DNA of 63,248 bases, filler included, from Octopus bimaculoides (lineage: Eukaryota), in NCBI RefSeq assembly GCF_001194135.2. It is 5 parts of 5 records of this genome, joined end to end, with 100 filler letters (N's around TTAATTAATTAA, not from the genome) between each part and the next. Parts side by side here need not be neighbours in the genome. Positions count along the whole stretch, not along the records: positions 1 to 24,673 come from NC_068992.1; 4 more parts are not named here. One strand, 5' to 3'. The notes under the pieces are model-generated. The model saw only the letters and a program-made list of their open reading frames with translations. It was not told where the DNA came from and did not search any database. A program made the position numbers and the translations under genes. Shown in pieces: positions 11,170 through 22,139 of the stretch (position 1 is the stretch's first letter; each line of letters starts with the position of its first letter).

Positions 11170-13014
11170 TGAGACCTTGCTGCATGCAATCATAGCACTC
11201 GTGTAAACTCATCCGAGCCCTGATATTGAGGATGCAGAAGTACATGTACCAAAATATACCATACTGTGACCAGACAGAAGGGAAAGAAGCCATGTTAGAG
11301 ATGCTGTATAGATCCAGGAAGACCTCACTCTCCAGGTCTCACTGTCATACTCAAATTCAGTACGTGACACTTTAATTGTATACACCAGACAACAAAATAT
11401 AATCAAATGCAATACATATCGCCCATTGGATGCTCCAAACTACGTAGGCAAGTTTGAAATCCTCATGAAACTGGAACACCACGTGAGCGAACTTCGTATG
11501 GGTGATTTCAACATCTCCTATGTAAAACGGCCCAAAGGCCTCATGCTGTTTGGAATGACTCATTGCAAAGAAGCGTAGCTGGAATCCCTGCTCAACCTCA
11601 CCAATGCCCTATTAATGGAGCAAGTTGTGCTCAGACTAGCTAAGGTGAATAACATCTTGGATCTCTGCTTCACAAACGATATCGTCATCGGTCATGATGT
11701 GAAAGTGACGTCGACATTAATTTCGGATCACAACATAATAGAGCTGTTTATGTATGGACCAAATGTAGCCAGAGATATACAATCTAAAGGAAACGCCCAA
11801 AATCGCACCAATCTGAACTTCCACAAACAGACTGGAAATCGATCCAAAAAGCGATCTTCAGAATGAATGGCCGAAATGTCACTCCACACCAGACTTTGGC
11901 TTGGAACTAGAATATTTCGTGTCTGTTATGCAAACCATATGCCGAAATATGTCCCAGAGCACAAGGCCAACACAAACAGAAACAAGGTACTAAGGGAGTG
12001 GAAGATCCTCATGGGACGACGGACGGAGGCTGGAAATCGCTTCAACCAATATTCCAAAAGTAGTGAAAGGTCCCGTCTAAAAACAACACTGATGGAGATG
12101 GAAAAAAGCCTGTAACAATCTTATGTGAGGGACAGAGCAGAAAAAGAAGCAGCCTGGGTTATAAAAAACATTCAGTCAAAACCAAAGGCCTTCTTTCATT
12201 ATGCCAAAGCAACAGCTTCAGTGCGCTGCAAAATAGGAGCCCTCTTCCAAAAGAATGGCTCCCTCGAAGATAGTCCAACCAGAATCAGTGAAGTTCTGAA
12301 TGACCAGTTCAAAAGCATCTTTACTACTCCGTTGGAACACAGACAAGTGAACGAACCAGTGGGTTTCTTTGCCGCCTCACCTATAACCAGCAAGACAGTT
12401 ACGATGCATTACATCGACATTAGTGAAGAATGTATACTATTAGCCATAGATGAGTTGGACGTAATCTCAAATGCTGGTCCTGATGGTTTCCCAGCAATTC
12501 TCCTTAAATCGTGTAAGCGTGCCCTGGCAAAACCCCTCCAGATTCTCTCCCAGAGCTTTCTTGCAAATGGCAGGTTGCCTAGCAAACTGAAAGATGGAAT
12601 AATATGCCCAATCCTTAAAGGAGGATGCAGAGCAGATGCGCAAAACTATAGGCCTATCTCTCTGACTTCACAAATCAGCAAAATCATGGAACGGATAGTC
12701 AGACGGAAACTAATCACATTCCTTGAAGAAAACTACTTACTGAGTGCTACGCAACATGACTTTCGACCCAGCTCTTACAGCACTATGACTGGGTATTGAG
12801 GCAGTTACTCAACAACTCAAATGTGGATGTAATATACTTTGACTTTGGAAAGGCTTTTGGTCAAGTGGATCATGGTGTGATATGCCACAAACTGCGTGAT
12901 CTTAGCATAGCTGGAAAACTTGGAGAGTGGTTACATGACGTTCTGAAAGATAGAAGTCAGGCAGTAGTGGCCAATGGATCCACCTCGAAGAAAACACAAA
13001 TATTGAGCGGCGTT
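11170..13014 (+). mobile_element. CR1-group LINE ORF2 relic (APE endonuclease plus N-terminal half of RT), 3' half missing
   Basis: EN motifs GDFN (11501) and ISDHNII. RT motifs GPDGFPAILLK, NYRPISLTSQISKIMERIV, QHDFRP, DVIYFDFGKAFGQVDHG and LSGV. Multiple stops and frameshifts. Confidence 0.9.
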
Positions 13015-14780
13015 CTACCTGGCACAAAACCGAACTTCATCTCATCTAGGTTGACTCTCTCCTCAATTAGTGGGGTTATAACCTCTCCGTCACCTTCATC
13101 ACCTGATCCAGCAGTCTGATACCCCTGTAGTTATTTCTATCTAAAGCACCACTTTTATATATGTAGTAGTTGACAATGGTGCTGCTACACCAGTCACTGG
13201 GTATGATTCCTTCGTGAACAACCTGATTCACAATACGGGTGACTAGACTATAACCCACACCACCAGATTTTTTAAGCATCTCAGCAGTGGTTCCAGATGG
13301 GCCGGGATTTTTTCCTGACTTCATATCCTTAATTGTTTTATCTAGGGTGCTATCGATTCGGGTGGCTGGTCCCTCACCTGGGTCAACATTTGGCTGGCTC
13401 TCCTCTTCCCATCCATTCTCCAAATTCAGTAACCTTTCATAATGGCATCTCCAAGCCTCTTTCTTTGCAGAATCATTAAATGCAATTGCACCATCATGCT
13501 TTCAGACATATTTGTTTCCTGTAACATCACAATTTTCTCTAATACACTGTCTTTCAATCCGAGATACTTCAGTTCTTTGGACCTCACGTCGCTGAACTTT
13601 AGTAAACTTCTTTTCTGCTTCAACCTTGGCTATATATACCTGTCTCCCAGCTCTCGTCTGGCTATCTGGTACAGTTCCCTGCTACCCCCATTCTTCCAGG
13701 TTTTCCAGGCCTGTTTCTTTGCTCTAACGACTCTGCCTATCTACCGTATTATTCCACTACCACGTCACCCTAGGTCTGGAAGAGACCTTGTACCAGTCCC
13801 AGATTTGGTCTGTGGCACTCAGTAAGCTGTCAGGTAGGAATTTCCAGTTACTCTCTATGTCACAAGTCTGTAGCTCCACCTCTCTTTCATGAAATTTCTT
13901 GATGAGGATGTCCCTAAATCTCTAGCCATGTGAAGGGTTATTAAGCTTCCAAATATTCTTTTCTGGATTGGTCTGCTTCTTGGCATCCTCCTGGCCTCGA
14001 GTATAAAGTCACTAATGACTAGTCTATACTGGGAGTACATTCTTCACCAGGGAGTTTCATTGTATGTAAGAGCATCCATGCATCCCGCTGTTTGGTGAGG
14101 ATTAAATCAATCTGGCTAGCAAAGTCGCCTAATTGATAAGTTATCAGGTGGCTGTCTGGCTTCCTGAAGTTGATGTTGCAGATTAAAGAACTCCAGTAGC
14201 CTAGTTCTCTCTTCCTTTCGGAAAACAATTCTATGGACCCCATGAACACCATAGAAGATACCAGATTGCCGTACGACATGTCCATTAAAATTCTCCATCC
14301 ACAAAGATGAGGTCATTGCGACTCGTCTTTGAGGTTGCCTGTTGAAGGATATCATAAAGTGGTCGTTCTGATCATTTGGTAGGCCCGATTGTGGGGCATA
14401 GGCAGAGATAATTGTAGCTATACTATTCTGCACAACTAGCTTGAGCTTAAGAACTCTATCGCACACCCTGACTACCTCCGTGACCTTACCCACCTATTTC
14501 TCTGCAAGAGTATATCTAAACCCTCTACTCTATCACTGTTATCTTCCCAGAAAAGTTTATATCTATGTGCCTTGCCTGTGAGGACCCTGGCTGAAGCCTC
14601 TCTCCACCTTATCTCTTGTATGCAGCATACATCAACACGTCTCTGTTCTAGCATCTCTACAATCTCGCTAAACCTACCTTTCTATGTACCTACACTGACA
14701 GTGCCAACTCTAAAAATTGAGAAAGGAAGGTGGGAGGAGGTATGGGAAGGGATATGTTATTCAGCGCCTAAAAAGAGGAC
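13015..14780 (-). mobile_element. RTE-clade LINE relic (EN plus start of RT), 3' half missing
   Basis: RVGTVSVGT start, VDVCCIQEIRW, IISAYAPQSGL, ITYQLGDFASQIDLIL, GPSGTTAEMLK, NYRGIRLLDQVMKV; ends at EMKFGFVPGR. Confidence 0.92.
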
Positions 14781-14820
14781 AGTTTAATGACATCTACTTA
14801 ACTACCCTTACACGGAAGTG

Positions 14821-14932
14821 TATGTGTGTATGTGTGAGTGAGAGTGTATGTGTGTGCGCGTGTGTATGTGCTCGAGTATGAGTTTCGATATAATACACCC
14901 ACACGCACCCTCTCACTCTCTCACACAAATAT

Positions 14933-15021
<89 letters not shown>
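14821..15021. repeat. (TG)/(CA)n/(TA)n microsatellites
   Basis: Directly visible. Confidence 0.9.
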
Positions 15022-15025
<4 letters not shown>

Positions 15026-15210
15026 TGGTGGTTGTCTACTCCTTACACAGAGTTGGAGCACCCCCTGCACCTACACCTTAGCCCTTTCATGGCGTCTGAT
15101 GTGGCTTTTTAAACTAGACAGTGTTTTGAAAAAACACCCACACAGACTGCACTTCTGCTATGCAGTACCAATACCTGCAAGTTACTTCTGCTCATTGTGG
15201 ATCCTAACAT
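15022..15210 (+). repeat. Unclassified repeat related to 18606-18700
   Basis: Both begin ggtggttgtctact(c/t)ctta(c/t)(a/g)cagag and share ctgca...tgtggatc.taa. Confidence 0.45.
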
Positions 15211-15519
15211 ATATATATATATACACAGACACACAGATTGTGTCTGAAAATAGTTTTAGATCAATGTGATCGCTTGATTTGTTTCAAAAAATACTGCAGA
15301 TGTGGCAATGATGCCGCTAATGCAGCAGCTATTCAAAGTGATATCACTCGCGTGATACAACAGATTTATACCACTCACAAGCTTGCATCTCCTCATGGAA
15401 TTTTTCATTGAGTGTTTTGCATTTTTCCCCTACGACCAGCCAAACAGTATGCAGCACATAATCGACATCTTAAATATTAAGCGTGGAAAGTGCCAGAAGC
15501 TTTTAAGAATCAGTAACGC

Positions 15520-15592
15520 CCTTGCACAGGGGCAATCTCAGACTCTACATAGTAAAGTCCTTGCACAGGGGCAATCTCAGAGTCTACATAGT
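15520..15592. repeat. 39-bp tandem duplication
   Basis: ccttgcacaggggcaatctcaga(c/g)tctacatagt begins at 15520 and at 15559. Confidence 0.92.
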
Positions 15593-15894
15593 GTATAAAT
15601 TTGTCGAGAAAGAACTAGTCTAGAGAAATGTGCAAACAAAAATTAAGGACTTTTCATGCCTAGTTATAGGATAGCCGTTGACCTTTTGCATTCATTCGCC
15701 CTTTTCACAAATTTAACTTTTCGACCTGCTGGGTGCTGAAGGAAAACCACCCTCTTTTTACAAACTCGCATAGAAAGATTTTCAGTTTATCGTCGACATA
15801 TAGTATTGAGTTGTATTTTATCAATGACAATAAGAGTGATATGACATAACATATATGCACATATGCGCATACATCTATGTAAATATATTCCTAT

Positions 15895-17148
15895 GGGATC
15901 CAGACAAAATCCCCCTAAGACAAAAGCCCCTTCGACAAAACCCCCTCAGTAAAAGTGCAAAAGCGGACAAAAACCCCTCTTTTTGGGGTTGTTTTCGTTT
16001 TCTTTCTTTTTAACTTGTTTCATTCGTTAGACTACGGCCATGCTAGGGCACTGTCTTGAGGAGATTTTAGTCGACTGTATCGACCCTGGAATTTTTTTAT
16101 TTTCTTACTTGCATCAGCCATTAGACTGCAGCCATGCTGGGGCACCGACTTGAAGAGTTTTTAGTGCAAGAAAGATCAGCATTTTAAAATTAAAATTTAA
16201 AGTTTTGTTTTTTTTCTCTCTGCACTTCGAGTTTAACGAGAATGAGCTGATCTTTTGAACTTCCTCCTGCCGTTGAAGGCGTAACAGAACTATGGCGCCG
16301 AAGGCTAGTCTTTCAAACATACTTCTTATCGTTTCTATCTTTCTACGCTTTTCTTGAAGTAAATGCTTTCCCTTTTGTTAAAGTTGTACATTTTAAATGT
16401 ACTTTGTTAAAAATGTACATTGAGTAGTAAAGAGTCTTGTGCTCTGTTATTCTATTCAACTTATTTATTTTCGACTGAATGTGCTTTTGTTTACATAAAA
16501 ATTGGAATTTCGGAAAATACGATTTTATTTTACAATCGCGTTTTCCGTTTTTGCTTACGTGAAATTATAAAAAAGACATTCCAGAGATTTAGTTGTTATT
16601 TCTAGCATGTAGAGAAACTTTCTAGACTTAACTTCATGTACTGGTTGCAAATCACCTACAGAAAATTCTGGGGGTGATACATTTGACAAAAAATTCTTCA
16701 AGGTGGTGCCCCATCATGGCCGCACTCTAATAACTGAAATAAGTACAAAGGAATAAAAAGAAGACAAAAGCAAAATATATCACAGAAGTAATTTTGATCA
16801 GGCTTAAAAAATTTTTCTGGGTTCCATACATGGCCGCAGTCGATGCCTGCAACAAATAAAAAGGAAGAAAAAAGTCTGGGGTCGAAACGTTAAGCTAAAA
16901 ATTCTTCAAGGCGGTACCCCAACATTGCTAGTCTAATGAATGAAACAAGTAAAAAGGAAAAATAACGAAAAATAACCGACAATATAACCGAGGGCGTTTT
17001 GTCCACTTTCACACTTAAACCATGGGGGGGGGGCCCGAGGGGGTTTCTCCGAGGTGGTTTTGTCCGAGCGGGGTTTCGTCATAGGGGATTTGTCTGAGGT
17101 TGTTTTGTCCGAGCGGGTTATTTTTCTAGGAGTTTTTGTCTTTCACTC
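15895..17148. mobile_element. Non-autonomous Mutator/foldback-like DNA transposon (1254 bp) with 9-bp TSD
   Basis: TATTCCTAT direct repeat at 15886-15894 and 17149-17157. Termini GGGATCCAGACAAAA and (reverse complement) GAGTGAAAGACAAAA. Subterminal repeats GACAAAA(CCCC) on the left and TTTTGTCC on the right. A 9-bp TSD with G termini is characteristic of the Mutator superfamily. Confidence 0.8.
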
Positions 17149-17259
17149 TATTCCTATATATACAAAAATTCACGTATTCATACATGCGTATCTGTAGATA
17201 TATTTATGTATAACCCCAGGAAACATAGTTTTCAAAGTGACACACATAGTCACTGATCT

Positions 17260-17680
17260 AATAAAATAGAAATATTATTATTTCTTAATCTCTCAAAGAG
17301 AGATATTCAGAAACAGTTATTTAAAGTGAAGGCTATTTGCCAGCATAATGTGGCTGTCCTAGAAAGGACGATTATTACTGTTGTTTAACACAGGAAACAT
17401 CGTTTCTGTGTCTTTATATTTTCGAACAGGGGGTTCAACACCCCCATCCAGCACAAAGCAACATTTGTGGACCGGTTTCTGGGTTATTGTCTTGTATCAA
17501 CACAGAAGGCAGGTGGTGTAGACAACAAACAGATGTATTAGTTTAACGCTTAGGAAGCGAAAAGTTCTTTAACGTTTCGAGCCTACGCTCTTTCATAGAA
17601 AGGAACACAGAAAGAAACAAGGAGAGAAAATAAAGAATGTGTAGTGGCTAGCGATCTATCATAGCGAATGATAAAATCTT
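17260..17680 (-). mobile_element. Penelope-associated terminal-repeat relic with a hammerhead-like motif
   Basis: The minus strand carries a hammerhead-shaped motif at 17567-17602. The part at 17260-17400 resembles 52320-52455. Confidence 0.45.
17567..17602 (-). ncRNA. Degenerate minimal hammerhead-ribozyme-like motif
   Basis: cttt-CTATGAAA-GAGC-gtag-GCTC-GAAA-CGTT-aaag. Stem I (4 bp), stem II, GAAA and the palindromic ACGT are intact; the CUGAUGA box lacks G5. Confidence 0.55.
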
Positions 17681-18530
17681 TATAAGAATTTATCAAGTAG
17701 TTAGCATGAAAACCTCATAAGGGAAACAATAATTAATTATTCCCTTTAAATATATCTATTTTTATTTTTATTTATATATTTTCAAAAATTTTATTTATAT
17801 TTTTGTATTTTTAGTTTTAGTTATATTAAGGACATTAATATAAATGCTCTTAATATAAATAAAGATAAATCTCTCTATATATATATATTAGAAATATAAT
17901 ATTTCTANNNNNNNNNNNNNNNNNNNNNNNNNNNNNNNNNNNNNNNNNNNNNNNNNNNNNNNNNNNNNNNNNNNNNNNNNNNNNNNNNNNNNNNNNNNNN
18001 NNNNNNNNNNNNNNNNNNNNNNNNNNNNNNNNNNNNNNNNNNNNNNNNNNNNNNNNNNNNNNNNNNNNNNNNNNNNNNNNNNNNNNNNNNNNNNNNNNNN
18101 NNNNNNNNNNNNNNNNNNNNNNNNNNNNNNNNNNNNNNNNNNNNNNNNNNNNNNNNNNNNNNNNNNNNNNNNNNNNNNNNNNNNNNNNNNNNNNNNNNNN
18201 NNNNNNNNNNNNNNNNNNNNNNNNNNNNNNNNNNNNNNNNNNNNNNNNNNNNNNNNNNNNNNNNNNNNNNNNNNNNNNNNNNNNNNNNNNNNNNNNNNNN
18301 NNNNNNNNNNNNNNNNNNNNNNNNNNNNNNNNNNNNNNNNNNNNNNNNNNNNNNNNNNNNNNNNNNNNNNNNNNNNNNNNNNNNNNNNNNNNNNNNNNNN
18401 NNNNNNNNNNNNNNNNNNNNNNNNNNNNNNNNNNNNNNNNNNNNNNNNNNNNNNNNNNNNNNNNNNNNNNNNNNNNNNNNNNNNNNNNNNNNNNNNNNNN
18501 NNNNNNNNNNNNNNNNNNNNNNNNNNNNNN

Positions 18531-18583
<53 letters not shown>

Positions 18584-18874
18584 GTATGTATATATGTAAG
18601 TATGTATATGGTGGTTGTCTACTTCTTATGCAGAGATTGCATATCCGATTTGGACCATCAAGAGCTGCAGATAAGTTCTCATCTTTGTGGATCTTAAAAT
18701 GTCTTTTGGGTCCTCCATTAGAGTTGCAAACCTTCTGGCATATACTGCCTTCAGAGATGTGAACAGACAAGGAACCTACCCTTAACAAAACTTTTAGGGG
18801 TGTTGCAAACAGCACCACATGCAGGTTGATGTGTTACAAGTGTTTTTTTTTTCAAGCCTAAATCATCACAAGCT

Positions 18875-19428
18875 GAGTCACAATGATTGACCTTGAACTC
18901 ACTTGTGCATGTGCACTAAATGTTAACGTTCTAGCTCACATCCGTTGTTTGCTGCAGTGCTGGGAAGGAAGGTATATAGAATATGATCGTCGTATTGACC
19001 ATGAAAGAACAAGTGCTCATAGCGATACCTGCTCAGAGGCCTACGCAAAGTTGAAGAAAGTGTATGGAGATGAGTGTACGAGTCACATACAAGTGTACGA
19101 GTGGTCCAAACGTTTCTAAGTTGGCCGAAAAATGTCGATATTGACGAACGTTCTGGGAAACTTGCAACCAACAAAACTGAGAATAACATCACAGATGTGC
19201 GTACAGTTGTCAGGGGAAATCGTTGAATCACCATCCGCGAGTTATCAGATGATGTGCATATTAGTTACGGTTTAGTTTCGTCCATTATCATTGACGATTT
19301 AGGTATGAGACACCTGTTGCCAAGTTTGTGCCCAAACTGATTTCAGCTGACCAAAAGAGACATTCAGGTTTCAATTGCATTAGATTTCCTTGATTGTGTC
19401 GAGAACGATAAAATCTTTTTGAAAATAT
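18875..19428 (+). mobile_element. Mariner (DD34D-type) transposase N-terminal relic
   Basis: EAYAKLKKVYGDEC...VYEWSKRF, DERSG, ITIRELSDDVHISYG and KFVPKL (WVP..L-like motif); breaks off before the first catalytic D. Confidence 0.85.
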
Positions 19429-19512
19429 TGAGCAGCTTTTGTCAAGCTTTTCGCAAAATCTGATGCAGATTCTCTGCTGAGCTTTCTCTGTCGAGTTCAA
19501 TGCGACAATCAC
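19429..19512 (-). mobile_element. Inverted mariner N-terminal fragment
   Basis: MIVALNSTEKAQQRICIRFCEKLDKSCS resembles the mariner N-terminus 'EQRICIKFC.KLG'. Confidence 0.75.
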
Positions 19513-20121
19513 ACACTAATGAATTGTCAGGATCCATATCTGTTAGTCCCTCCTTAGCTTTTCATACGTGTTTTATATAATTTCCAGTATACAGGAATAA
19601 TGCGATTACTAATCACAATATTTCTGCCATAATCCTGTCACGTAGTCATGTGTGAAAATGTACAGGGACCTCATAATATTCGTTCCTTCGAAAAGCAACA
19701 CATTTGTTTACTTTGTAGCTCGTGTAATTTCTTTTGTGCAAAATGTTTCTTATTTTTTCGGACTTTATTGCATTCTTATCGTTAAATTTTGTTTTGATTA
19801 ATTCTAATCCTGCTAATCGTATATCTGTAGGCTGTACTAACTTCATGGCATTTATCCTATATCGATACTTTGAATGCACGACCGAATTTGCTAGTGAATT
19901 TACATATGAGTGAACGTCTAAGCGAAGGATTATCCCAGACCACGCGCACACAAACACGTATACTTCCATATATACATGCACAGATATGTAAATATGTATA
20001 CATTTAGAAGAACGATGACATCAATGCACATATTAGTAGTTATGTGAGCCTGTGTGGGCAGCAGTATGTTTGTCTACAAGTACGGGCGTATATGCGAGCA
20101 TGTAGATTTTACAAGATAGGG

Positions 20122-20220
20122 TTTTAGAAGGAGCGTTGATCCATGCGTTTTAGAAGGAGCGTTGATCCATGCCTTTTGGAAGGAGCGTTGATCCATGCCT
20201 TTTAGAAGGAGTGTTGATCT
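20122..20220. repeat. 26-bp minisatellite, ~3.8 copies
   Basis: Unit ttttagaaggagcgttgatccatgc(g/c) begins at 20122, 20148, 20174 and 20200. Confidence 0.95.
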
Positions 20221-21039
20221 GCAACTTTGTTTTATTCACAGTTCTTTTCACTGTGTGACTCAGCGTATCTATATTTATTTCACATTTACGTATGATGGTA
20301 AGCCTGCGCATAGTTGTGTACATTGAAAATATATATACACTAATAATGAGTGTTTAATGCATCGTATATAAGCATACGAGCTTGTATGTATCATTGTGAA
20401 GTTGTCCGATGGGCAATTAATTTATGTTGCAAGTAATTTATGCGTGCCCTTACGTATATTAAGTCTTCCGCAACTAGTATACTCATGCGAATCTAATTAT
20501 TATTACTTAATTTGAGACACATTTCCTCAAGAGAGGCCCATATTTTCATGAACCTATTGGACACGGTATCTGTTCTGACCATTCGGAAGAGTATGTGACA
20601 TGTTAGAAATTAAGCCGTATATTTTATGCCAAAAGGGTTATCAAGTAGAGTAGGTGACGTTACACTTGTGGAAAATATTTCTTCTCAGCTGTCTTCAGCT
20701 CATTGAATTATATAATATACACAAATACCAGCTCACGCGCATATACAAGTATGTGCGCGTGTATGAGTGTATGTGGGAATGTGTATGTATGTATATGTAT
20801 AGTGACCCCAGGAAACTTAAGAGACAAGTTATTAAACATCAACCGGTATCATTTAAAGTAGTCATAAATTTTATGGATATTCCACCATTTGGCAGTATAC
20901 ATACATATATATATATACATACAGACCTCAAACCTTAGAACTTGAGTATTTGAAAAGAACAGCTAAACATGCGTGAGTAGTAAATACGGTAGACAATTTG
21001 GACGATAGGCAGATCAGAGTTACTGTTTTTGCTGAAATT

Positions 21040-21520
21040 CATTTAAATCGCCCAAAAGACTATTAAATCGTTTAAAAGGAACTATTTCTCATATATTTCA
21101 ATGTGGGAATCAATAACAAGTCATTCATTTTGAAGATAGATCACTATGCCCTACCAGGAAGGTATCACGAGCTTGGCAAATAACTGACGGAATCAAATCT
21201 CTGAAATGAGTTGCTGAAAGCTAATTGAAAACAATTGGAAACATCTTCATAGAAGATTGGGACCAAAGTCGTCGAAAATTAAATCAATTATAGAGCTGAA
21301 AGTAGCATTCACGAAAACATGGATAAACATCGATCAATCTGACATTGATAACTTAATCAAAGCAATACCTTATCGGGTGAAAGCTGTGATATTAGCCAAA
21401 GAAGGGATTAGAAAATACTGAGGCACGCATTTGTTTGGGATATAATTTTAGTGACGGTAGTTCTAGTTAAATTGCCATTGCAATTTATTACCTCTGCTAT
21501 AAAGTTGTTGCAGGCCACTG
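21040..21520 (+). mobile_element. Degraded Tc1-like 3' fragment with right TIR
   Basis: LIENNWKHLHRRLGP...IELKVAFTKTWINIDQSDIDNLIKAIPYRVKAVILAKEGIRKY* ends at 21420; terminus ...gcaggccactg|TA at 21520. A possible eroded left end lies near 20800. Confidence 0.75.
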
Positions 21521-21667
21521 TATATGTACACTCATTCGTGAAAACAGACACACATACACACACACACACGCATACACACACACACACACACACACACANN
21601 NNNNNNNNNNNNNNNNNNNNNNNNNNNNNNNNNNNNNNNNNNNNNNNNNNNATATATATATATATAA

Positions 21668-21944
21668 TGTGCGAACAGTTGTGTGTGATGAGAAGTTTTA
21701 AGTGGATGTGAATATGTACGAGTTTCAGCATGCACCATCGTATCGACCTATTTGCTTCAACAGAAATATCACACACACACATACAATGTGTGTGTGTGTT
21801 TGTGTGTTTGTGTGTGCGTGTGTGCGTGCGCGCATAAGTGATATTTCTGTAGAAGTAAATAGGTTGATATGATGGTACATGCTGAAACTCGTACATATTC
21901 CCATCCACTTAAAACTTCTCATCACATACACAATTGTTCACACA
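21668..21944. repeat. Long inverted repeat: 105/107-bp arms, 65-nt CA/TG loop
   Basis: 21668-21772 versus the reverse complement of 21838-21944: 8 substitutions plus one 2-nt indel. Confidence 0.95.
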
Positions 21945-22139
21945 TATACATGTTCATATGCGCCTGACAACAAATATATAAGCACCCACTATTAACGTAT
22001 AAATGTGGTTGAAGATTTTTTAGAATTCTGTTAGATTTACACTTCACTCAATTGTTAGTGCTAATCACAATGTGTAGAGATGAAGTTTCTTGCTACCACG
22101 GTGTTTTTTTTCTGCTTGAATTCAACAATTCTTATTAAT

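Noticed and set aside
13442-13825. + strand 127-aa ORF (and others antisense to LINE relics, e.g. 25193-25741, 27482-28012, 40800-41255)
   Set aside because: These are shadow ORFs on the opposite strand of recognisable retrotransposon coding sequence.
15520-15592. CRISPR-like repeats (also 20122-20220 and 54482-54549)
   Set aside because: They are tandem or near-tandem duplications without an array of unique spacers, there are no cas genes, and the context is eukaryotic.
17850-18818. Long ORFs of 200-390 aa here and at 47225-48415 and 48769-49477
   Set aside because: Their length comes from N-gaps translated as X.
19646-19981. 111-aa ORF with a protein-like middle part and a possible donor site
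   Set aside because: No recognisable motif and no acceptor tract; it starts in a microsatellite-like region.
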